DNA of 64,000 nucleotides from Schizochytrium sp. TIO01 (taxonomy: Eukaryota; Protista; Bigyra: Labyrinthulomycetes): NCBI GenBank assembly GCA_004764695.1, contig SMSO01000034.1, forward strand, positions 1,550,001 through 1,614,000, read 5' to 3'. Below are positions 22,386-32,544 of this stretch, in pieces (within the stretch, counting starts at the first letter, position 1; the number at the start of each line of letters is the position of its first letter). The notes under the pieces are model-generated. The model was not told the DNA's origin. It ran no database searches and worked only from the letters and a program-made list of their open reading frames with translations. Made by a program: the position numbers and the translations under genes.

Positions 22386-24329
22386 GCTTCTTTGGGAAGA
22401 TAATCTTGTGCAAGTAGGTATTTTCTCTCTATTGATTTAAAAAAATACGATACACGCGTATCCATCCATCCATATAAAAGTCGATACCTCTGGCTTTCAA
22501 GCATGAGCCTGTGTCTTCAATGCTGGTCGGGTTCTTGGTTGGTTGCTATGCAGTGCGGTGATGAAGCAATTAGCTTCGAAAGAGTGCTGTCACGAAAGCA
22601 AGTATTCACCACAGCAGCAAGCTTGGCGGGAAATCATCACCCCCATCCAAGCTACAGGTCGCTTTACTCCCATGCTCTCCAGCATTTTTCATAGCAAGAA
22701 AGTTACCTGCTTCATAGCCAGAGTTCCCACCATTGGTTCTGCACAGTTAACTCAAAGCTGTCCTGCTTCTTAGCAGGGTGCTGGTCTCGGCCTTGTCTTT
22801 GAGTGGATAAGGAAACTTCTTTAAGCAACAGCTATAGTTGAAGCTAGTTACACTAAGTGCATACGTCAGGCATGTTTCTGTCAGGAATCGACGTGAAATG
22901 GAGGTCGATGCCGGAATTTGTTTTGCCATCTTCTCATAATGATGCATTTGAATGCAGAGAAGCTGCTATGCAGAGAAGCTGCAAGTCTCATCACCAGCCC
23001 TTACTGAATGATTCTCGGCTACTTCAAAGTAGTATGTCTCGATCTATAGAAGTTTCTGTTTTCTCATCCTTGCAAGACTCGTTCTTCGCCTTATTCCTGA
23101 CATAGGAAATACCTTACTCGATAAAGGTGTACGGATACATAAAAATGGATTTTGTAGAGAATGACCTGCATACAAGATATCGGAAAAAATACGATGTATC
23201 ACGATACGATATAGACGAGATTCGAACTACCTTATGAACATAACCTAACTTAAAACCTTGCGTGTGGCACATCTTTAAGGTATAGTGACCTCAAATTCAA
23301 ATCATGATGGTTCAACTTCAAGTGCCGGTGGGCGTGTGCCGTGTACTGCTACTGTGACCTGAGTGACTACCTTTTATAAAGGGATTTCAACGATTACTTT
23401 GTATTCCATGAGAATGATTTTATACTCACACGGTAAATTCATGACTGTGATTGATCAACGAGAAAGGCCTGGTGGGTTGCACAACTCTCGGCTTGCCATG
23501 AGAGCATCTGCTTGATATGAAGGGATGATAACGATTATATTCTCATTGCGCTGGAACGCAGAAATCAATAAGCTAATCTTGCGGCATATCCAAGAAAAGT
23601 CTCGGCAAGAAAACCCTGCTGAGGACTTTTTTTCGTTACATTCCAGCCATCTGTGTAATGAGGACCTTATTGCATCCAAAAAGTTGACTCGAACTTTTTC
23701 ACCTGCCTCTTTTCCCGTAGACCACCCCTCGGAGACAAAATTATAGGCTTATTATGTGGCTATTCTGATTAATTGCAAATAATTCTCGTAGGTGCGCACT
23801 GAGGTGTGTACTCAGACGAAGCTTCAAGGTGCCTCTAATTATAGGAACAGAGTATAGAGCATTAAGATTGATTAAATGTATACAGAATACGATACTTGAA
23901 TGGTTGTTCCACAAATTAAGAGGATCATCTACGTGTTTCCTCAACGTAGCGGGGCGTTATTCAATGCGAGCGAAGAGCAAGTTGGACAATAGATTTGTGA
24001 TTATGATACCCTCTCGCCCACAGCGATTGCTTTGAAGTTACAAAGGCTTCTCAGATAGAGGGAGATTCTCAAACAGAAGGAGAGAGAGGCAAAGAAATGG
24101 CTCTCGTGCTTAGTATTATTCTATTTATTCAAGGGTTAGAACTGAGCAGGGCGGCATAAACTCAAATCTCGAAATAACTCAAGATCAAAGATATTCTAGA
24201 ATCACTTTAAAACAGATTAAAAAATGTTGCATTATGATACATGGTTTGTAATAGAAGTTGCTACATGAAGATAATCCAATTATCTTAGGCAGCAGCACCT
24301 GAATAGGACTACAGATGATTGGCCGAGCT

Positions 24330-24452
24330 TTACTTTGCTTTGGGGGTATAGATGGGTAGAGTCTCGACTGTATCGAGACGAGGGCGCGTAACTCTTGTGC
24401 CGTTGGTAGGCGACATCTGGTTGGCATTGCGGCGAACGACTCGAGGGAACAT
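24330..24452 (-). CDS. Microprotein family member 2, 40 aa: MFPRVVRRNANQMSPTNGTRVTRPRLDTVETLPIYTPKAK (absent from the ORF track)
   Basis: Hand translation: ATG at 24452 in AAAATG context, TAA at 24332-24330. Aligns end to end with members 1 and 3. Confidence 0.78.
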   Translation of the reverse strand: MFPRVVRRNANQMSPTNGTRVTRPRLDTVETLPIYTPKAK

Positions 24453-24657
24453 TTTCTTTTCTACTAGTATATGTATACTATGAATGTCTTTCTTAGCTTG
24501 ACTCAATGATGGCTTTGTATTGCTTGTTTTGATGCGCTTGAGTTTGGGGTTTGCTTTCCAGTTTGCTCCTCAGTTTGCTTTCATCTCTGCTTCTGCCTGC
24601 TTCTCTGCTTGCTTCCTTCTTTGCCATCATTGCTTCGACTGTGAGCACGCGGAGTCG

Positions 24658-24707
24658 AGCTAATTGCACCAACTCTTTGTGCTCGGCAAGCAAGTTAGCT
24701 CCCCACA
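24658..24707. promoter_or_regulatory. Conserved upstream block AGCTAATTGC...ACTC..TGTGCTC...AGCTCCCCACA of microprotein 2
   Basis: Alignable with 26417-26456 upstream of member 3; the 10-mer also occurs inverted at 22566-22575. Confidence 0.55.
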
Positions 24708-26085
24708 GCACTCATCGTGCTCTTGAGATTCTGAGTCTCACGAAAATGGATTCCAGCCTTCCCGTTCTGTTGCTTGAGAACCGGCCGCCTGTACATGGAG
24801 CCATACAGTGAACCGCCCGGTCCCTGTATACAGCACACTGGCTTTGCGGTATGAGGATGCGTTGACCAGGGCTAGATACATAAATGAAAAACAGAGAACC
24901 CAATTTTTCTTGAGTCTCCGCATTGCAATAAGTGGATTCTGATAAGTGCAGGTCATTGAAAGTTGTTCGCCCGCCCTTTGTTCGTTCTCTTGCTGTGTTC
25001 AGGGCTGTAGAAACTTTAGAACTAATAGGCCTATTTATGTACATATATCTCTTTTTCTTTTCTTGTTTAAAGTAAATAGTTTCTTAGAAAACTAAACCCA
25101 TATGAATATTCAAGTTCTTATACGATACCATGGAAGATGGTAATTAAAATCTTTGCGTAGATAAAATGGCCCAGTGCACCGGAGAAGCCTTGACTTAAAG
25201 CATAGTGCTACTTGCGTGATACGATAGGTCTAAGGCCAGCCTTCGCGCCGAGACTGGAGAGGAAAGAAAGATGAGATACCTGGTCTAATACGTGAAAGGT
25301 TGCACGCTACGAAGTGAGATGGAAGCTAAAAGGGAATCTACTTTGCTTCTTACGGAAAAGTGAGCAGAGAAGCCTTTTTCTCTTTAATTAAGAAGCATAC
25401 TTACAATAGGCTGATGCTATATTGTTTGTTTTAAGACACAATATAGCTTCGTGAAAGTGCAGTTCTTGCTCAGTACTGCTTTGTAAATCCTAATGCAAGA
25501 TAGTCCCCAAGCACCTCTGCACACTACCCCAAAACCTGGTCAGTTTTCATTTTGACATTGACTTTTCCTTTATTCACCTACTCCTAAAGTTTGTGGCGCG
25601 CACTTTACTCAAAAGCTGGCCTGACTGCCCTAGACCAGCCTTTTGATATGAATTTGCATTCCATTTAGTAACAATTATACTATGAAATAGGTTACAGCTG
25701 TATTGCAACCAAGAATGACTACGCTATGCAGCCAGCTAAACGCAGTTGCTGTCATCCCACTATCTATTCTGGATATTCACAAATGCTCATGTTTCTTAGT
25801 TTAAGGGAAGCAAGATGATGTATGTCTAGTAGCATCTTGCGTATTTATGCCTGGAGTGTTGGGCCATTCTTCTACGTTAGCAATCTCGATCATATTGGCA
25901 CAGGCAGAAGGTAACAAGCAATAGAGGTATTCAAGATAAAGTTATATCAATTCTCAATTTTATTTCATCATAATAATTCACAGTACAGACTTGGGTGCTT
26001 GTTGAGCAACTAGAACTCACTCAAAAGCATAATAGGGGTTTTCTATGTATGGCAAGACCATTTATTGTCTTGCAAGTAGCTTGCA

Positions 26086-26250
26086 TCATCTTGCAGGGTG
26101 ATGGTTTTCCCCTGTTGGACAGCTTGTATAACTTGCAGATCTGTAGATAGGCAAGCAATCTACAGTCTCAAGCCGAGGTCGTCTAGGTTGCAATTTAGGC
26201 TTCGTGGTGTCTTTGGCGTTCGCTCCTTGACGTACAACGCGCGGCAGCAT
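26086..26250 (-). CDS. Microprotein family member 3, 54 aa: MLPRVVRQGANAKDTTKPKLQPRRPRLETVDCLPIYRSASYTSCPTGENHHPAR
   Basis: First ATG at 26250 in AAAATG context; both family motifs present. Confidence 0.75.
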   Translation of the reverse strand: MLPRVVRQGANAKDTTKPKLQPRRPRLETVDCLPIYRSASYTSCPTGENHHPAR

Positions 26251-26416
26251 TTTCACAAACTTATGCAATATAAGAAGAGCAATTATTGAGCAACCAACTT
26301 CTGCGTTAGGGTTTTGCTGAAAGCCTCTGAGCTGCAACGAAAGCTACGTATCACACGAAAGAAGCACACATTGAGCTATTAGCTTTCAAAGGGGTGCTGG
26401 TCTACTTTTGAAGAGA

Positions 26417-26456
26417 AGCTAATTGCTTACTCGTCTGTGCTCAACAGCTCCCCACA
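26417..26456. promoter_or_regulatory. Conserved upstream block AGCTAATTGC..ACTCGTCTGTGCTC..AGCTCCCCACA of microprotein 3
   Basis: Homologous to 24658-24707. Confidence 0.55.
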
Positions 26457-28166
26457 TATGAAGCAAATTGTTGTTTTTATTTTTCTAATACTGGACTAGC
26501 CTGGAAAAGAGGGATTTAAAACTATTTTTAGCTTACAGGAACACACCAAGCTTGTGGTTGAAATGCCCGAGTATACTAGCCCTACTTACTCTATAAATAA
26601 GGGGCAAAAGGCATATTTATAAAGTCCAGCCGAAAGTACATAATCATGGACCCAACGAGCTTTTGATGTAATCAGTAACTCTTTTACAATCCTTCAAGAC
26701 ATAGTCCTGCCCGAACCCCTCGTTTGGAAGTCATACAAGCAAGTATATATTTTCCATTTATAAGGGTTGACGAGCAGTGTCAACGGATTAGCGTGACTTG
26801 GAAGTTTCTGGTGAAACTAAGCGCGGTTGTTGCTTTAATCTAGTGCGTTGATCGACGCTGGAATGTGAGCTACTGCTTCCGCTAAAGGATGCTGAAGACA
26901 CCTGTGTGCCTAGAGGTTTGGAAATAAGCAGTTTGAACAATTTCCTTTCATTTCCTTCTTCTTCTTTAAAAAAAAAAAAAATAAATCCAAGCATATGTGG
27001 ACGAAGGATGAAATGATTCAAGTAAGGATAATCTTGAGTTGATCAGCGCGGGGAAACCTCACCGCCTATAGCTCTTGAGACTTTGTATGTGAATCCCCTG
27101 AAGCCCTTCCTGTCAATTTGACATAAGGAATCCAATTATTCTGGCTCTCTACCTCTTTCTCTATCTGTGACCATTCACAGGGATGTTCCATCCAATACAC
27201 ACCTTTCTCTTTCTTTTCTTTCTTTGTTCCAGACTACGTTCCCATGCCCACGTATGCTGTCATTGTATAGAAGCAAAATACAATAATCGAATTTCCACAT
27301 GTACACTCCCTGTTACCTTCCATGCTGCCTTCTAACAGCAGCATCGGCGAACAAGAAACTATCTGCCTTCACATAACAACCTCCTATTTCCTCATTCCCC
27401 TATTTATGACCTCTCTATTGGAATTATTACAGTATATTTATTGCGCGGTCTCTCGTATTCTCTTATTTTCATGCTCAAGGTTTTACTCGTAAGCAAGAAA
27501 GCAGTTTTCGCATATAGAACCAGAAACAAGATAGGTACAAGTACGTATACTACTAGGTAGTGGACAGTAATAAATCTTGTGATAAGCCTTGTTTACAATC
27601 ATCCAAATTCACCAATATTGTCAAGAAATAATAGACCTTTAGCTAGAGGAACCAAGGATACACAACAAAACAATGCATTCGTGTTGCTAGGTATTGTTGA
27701 GTTTAGCGAAGATCAATCTTATTGGTGAATGTCTGCCCTCATTTGAAATTGCGTAGCACGAAGCAAACTTACATTGGTAAGCTATGAATGATCTCAGCTT
27801 TACAAATCTAGTATCATTCGATATCATATTCAACAAGAAAATACTGAAATCCGAATTTATCTGTAGGTTTTAAAACGGGGGGGAGGGGGGGTGTCAAGAA
27901 ATTGGAAGAACAAGGAAGCAAGAAAGGATTCTTGACAAGGCATGAACTTGGATTTGAAGATAAAAAGCATGCTTTACACATCATCTGCCATTGATGCAAA
28001 TCGAGCTATGAATAAAAATAAGTCAATTAACCACAACGGAGCTTCCCTACGCAAACATTCATGATTCCTTCAAATCAAATCCATATCTAAAACCCAAAAC
28101 AAATGTAATGGGATCAATTTATATATATAATAAGAAAGACAGCAAGCCCACAGCTTAGACTTGTAG

Positions 28167-28427
28167 TTATAGCTTTGGAGGAATATACATCGGTAGCACC
28201 TCAGATGTCTCAAGCCGTGGTCTCGAAAGCGTTGACCTGGTCTTAATTATGGGCGAAAAAAATAATGGTTTGGTAAGCTGAGCTGCATCTGACTCGTGGT
28301 TCTTGACCTGCTTTTCATTCCCTGAAAGAGAAGATCTCGTACCAACTTCAGTCATACTCCTAATACGAATAACTATCATGGACGGCGCTGAGTTCTGAGC
28401 AGCGGTCTTTCCCATTTCCTCTGGCAT
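28167..28427 (-). CDS. Microprotein family member 4, divergent, up to 86 aa, ending ...LSRPRLETSEVLPMYIPPKL
   Basis: Carries the full C-terminal motif, on the same strand and at the same ~2-kb spacing. Start codon uncertain (several in-frame ATGs). Confidence 0.6.
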   Translation of the reverse strand: MPEEMGKTAAQNSAPSMIVIRIRSMTEVGTRSSLSGNEKQVKNHESDAAQLTKPLFFSPIIKTRSTLSRPRLETSEVLPMYIPPKL

Positions 28428-31400
28428 GAGGTTGCCGACCCACAAAACGGTGAAATACAGTTTGGGTTTTGTCGGAGCTTCAATTTAGCTGAAGCTTGAT
28501 TCATAAGGCCATATTGGTTTATTTATGTAACAATGCCAGGTAGGCATTTTATTCGACGGCTTTCACTATTTCGGCATGATTATGGATACCAGTTGACAGA
28601 AAGTGCTATTCACCTAGCGCAAACAAAAAAGGATATCAAAACGTATTCCATGTTCCGATTTCATAAATCATACCGAGGAAATAGCCCGAAATCCTCATAA
28701 ACACAAAGCGGTGAGAGTTTCTTTGCAAGGAGGATAAGGTTGCAACTCTTATGTTTGAGGCTGTCGTTGATTTTTTTCATTATGTATTATCCATATTTTT
28801 TCTTATGAAGTATTTGCCATAAACGAAGACGAAGAGTCTAGTAATACTGACAAAGAAGAAGCAAGACTCGTTAATATTACTTGAGGTGTCAAGTACTGTC
28901 TGAGATTTTGCGGGTTCAAGAACATGTTACATTGTTAGTTTAAAAAGTGGTGGACGTACGTCAGAGCCAAGATAAAAATCTTAGGTATTTACTGATTTTC
29001 AATCTTTTCTCTTTCTCTGTTTAATTCATTAACACATTCTCAACAGAACAGATGTACCAGTAATCATGCCGAATTAACAACTTTATAAACTGCAGCATTC
29101 AAGCTGGGCAGGCCTTAGAAAGGAACTCAGTCATGATTAGACATAGCATGCCAAACTAACCCATGAATGTATTGTGCATATTTGTCCTTATTGCACTGAC
29201 GCGTTTTGCAAAGTGCATGCAAATGACTTTTAACTCCTTTTTTTCTTTCTTTTTTTTTAAACAAACAGATATCTATGGATAATCAAGATAACAGGCAAAG
29301 GCAAAATAATAGTATCACTAAGAAGCGAAGTCTGCCCTCAATATGCTTCGAGCTAATGGTATGCGCCTCATAAATAAGATGTGCCGTTGTGAACTAACCA
29401 TGCGCATCTTTAGCTTGAAAAAGCCTAGAATGAAAAAAGAGCGCACATCACGATAGCCAGATGTGCAAGGTCGGTTAGTTTATCTTATCGAATTAGGATT
29501 TTGAATATAAACAACTGTAAGAGCACTGGAACACTATTCTCATCATGTAAAAGACATCAACATAATTGATGGCAGGATCAATTGCCGAGATCTATTCACC
29601 GATGAGTCCAGATGGGATTAGATAGCGGCTTCTCGGCACTACAATATTGGGGGGGACTTGCATTTTGTGTACCATATAGCTATGCTGTGCTATTTTGACC
29701 TTCTGGTTTTTTCTTCGAAATATTGTTACCCTGGCAGTTGAATGCATGAAGGTTACCTGCTGAAATCAACACGCCCTCGTCTGAGAAGAAGGAATCCAGG
29801 TTTTAAATCAATGGCAACGTTCTACTCTGTCGAGACTTCTTAACCGTTTAATGAATGAGTCGGGAGAAAACCAAGGGAGCCGCGCGAAAGGACGAAGAGC
29901 CAAATTCAACCTACTAGTCAGACATGTGTGCATATAATTCAGATATTTCTTGTGTCAGCTCGCTAGCTCGCTAGCCAGTCTAAATCTTTGTCGGTGAACC
30001 TCTCACTCAAGCTTAGTTGCTTCGAGCACGTAGCTTCAAACAAAGGGCCATTGGGTTTTATCTACAATACTAAAGGAGTGGCAAGAATCCGAGCTAGTGT
30101 CAAATTAGATTTCGCGTATATGCACTTGCCTTCAGTTTCACTTGTACCCCACCGATTTCCAAAGGAACATACTGTGTTGGGACAGCTCAACTCGGAATCA
30201 CTGTGGCGTCAATGTTGCACTTAAATGGATGATTGGCTTCAAATAAGTTAAATAAGTTAATTGTCTTGCGTTTATTACATATCATTAAACTTAGCACCAC
30301 TAAGGTCATCACTTCTAAATGACTTATCCAGGCTACTAAGGGCAGCCGTCGTGCCAAACTAGGTGAAGATTTAACATATTGATTCAACATTATTTAGCTA
30401 GCCTTGGTTCGGCTTAAAGATTGACAACAGCTTGGTATGATGTTAACCCATCGATACAACAGCTGAGAATAAAAGCTTAGCTTTACACGCCATAGGGTTA
30501 TGGCTAAAGAATTTTTCACCGCGCCAGCTTTTGGCAAAGTTGAATATCCATTCCCATAACCCCAGTGGGCGAAACTCCACTATAAGAGTATGAGATTTTC
30601 AGCTCCTCTCGAGTTGACCCAGATCTTGCATCATGTCAAACCCGAGACTCCTCCAGGCCATGAATTTTTTAAGGCAATCTCGCTATTTAGAAACCCGCAG
30701 TGAAATCAGATGCTGCCAAATGCAGCAACAGATGCCTTGGCATACATTGAAAACCTTGGCATTGATTCAATTAAGGGTATGCTACGCAAGTTACAGGTTT
30801 CTCTTTAAGTTTCCCGTTACATTCTTGTTTTACATAGAAAGTCACGAGTTTTGAGCCAGCAAGTACATTTTCAGATATTTCTTCTCCTAATAAAACTTTG
30901 AAAACTGTAGAGTAGACAAAAAAATATCAAGTTTGTTTTAGAACTCCATCAGAACATACGCACCAGATTCACGCGTACGAGAGCTGGCTTGCGAAAAAAG
31001 TCGCCAGTTCGAACCCGGCCTAGCATATAAATACGAACAGCCTTATGTTACAATTTTAAGTTCTTCTTTTCTTTTCTTTTCTTTTCTTTCTTTTCTATTA
31101 CCTGGTACTTTAAAGAACCCCGTAACGGGCAGTTTTATACTGCATGTTTGTGACAGGTTACTTAGAAATGGCTTCTTTCTGATCAGCGATATCCTGCAGT
31201 CCTTAGGTAATGTATTTGCTTGCCACTATACGAGGGGGGGGGCGAACCAGTGGCTTCCCACAACGACTTGGCACACTAGCTTGATTGCCTAGCTTACACA
31301 TCATCACTCACCAGTAAGGTAACAACTGATGCTCGCTTGCTTACTTACATAAACGAGCTTCATTGCATCCTCAGGTTCCAAGAAGCTGATTGAATCATGA

Positions 31401-32544
31401 ACCAGAGCTTGATTTTTCTCCGGCAATAAACCTCGACACATTCACAAACTCTACATGAACTACAGCGCACGCCTTCTCCCTGGACATTATTTGTCATTTG
31501 AAGGAGCCAGAAGGGCTAAAGCTGCTTCCTTTTCAGACTAACGGGCAATGAATGCTGGCTTCCATTTTATGAGCACTACTGCTAAATAGATAGTGTACGC
31601 TAATTTTAGAGAGAGAAAAGAGCAGGTAGCTAGTATTACAACTATGCTATTTACTTAAACCTCATTTCTCCATCGCTCCGCTGCATAAAATTTAATTTAA
31701 AAAAAAAAAATGTTGGAATTTCCCCCCCCTTTTTTTTTTAAATAAAAATTAAAGCGCGCTGATTCTCCAACAAGAAGTTTTCCATATTTGTTAAGATAGC
31801 GCAACGCATTGATTTTGTTTTGTTTCTTTAGCGATTTTTAAATATTCGGACAGGAAATACTACCGCTAGGTTGTATATAACTTTCGAACAAGCAAAACGA
31901 AAACCCAGATGTAATAATCTCACCTATAGATGTTCGACAGAGGCCAAAGGGGCAGAAGCCAGGCACCAGCCTTCATATACGTCACAACCGCATTGGAACC
32001 ATCAGGAGCTCCAGCAAACTTGCAAACCCAGATTCTAAGGGATGCGCTCTAGGCTTAGCTTTGAGCAAATCACAATGCCACTCAAGAACGATGTATGTGA
32101 ATCATGCTATTGCAGACTTGTACGAAGGGAAGGCATGGGTGTTTGTCCCAAGCCAAAAGCAAAGCCATATCGTCAGAGGCTATTTATTGTAGAGGTCCTC
32201 CCCATCTATGTTCCAGCTTGACCACAATAAATCTGGTGCAGATGATATTCGAGGTTCTTCGGTGCCGATCTACGAATACTTAAAGAAAATAAATATGGAA
32301 AACTGTACAATTTAAATTTGACACAGCGGCTATGCCTAATTTTCAACAAGTCTTGCGGACCCCGGATTAATTTCGAGTCAGAATTGGTCAATCAGGTATA
32401 TCTGTTGAGTTGAGGTCTGGAATGTGACAGCGCATACATGCTACGTAACCCTTCAAACGGGTAGTAAAGATGGAACATCTCTGTTGAATAGCTTTATTAG
32501 ATATGAAATATCATGTTTTAGTTTATATACTTGCACATGAATAG

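Noticed and set aside
22199-22504. N-terminal 102 aa of the track's 142-aa ORF (KQTSKANLQSKPP repeats)
   Set aside because: Translation of a 13-bp DNA minisatellite that reads similarly in more than one frame; paralogues begin at the position of the internal Met at 22198.
24185-24427. 80-aa track ORF MPTRCRLP...
   Set aside because: Overlaps microprotein 2 in a different frame, and only the microprotein frame carries the family motifs.
26788-27021. ORF ending KQQPRLVSPETSKSR, resembling the QQPKFV start of member 1
   Set aside because: No core motif and a non-ATG start in the track; similarity too short.
29742-29843. 33-aa plus-strand ORF MHEGYLLKSTRPRLRRRNPGFKSMATFYSVETS as a fifth family member
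   Set aside because: Has TRPRL but lacks [DE]T and LPxY and is on the opposite strand; probably chance, though worth including in a profile search.
30981-31025. tRNA T-arm / B-box-like GCCAGTTCGAACCCGGC
   Set aside because: No A box, D arm, anticodon stem or acceptor stem can be formed; at most a decayed remnant.
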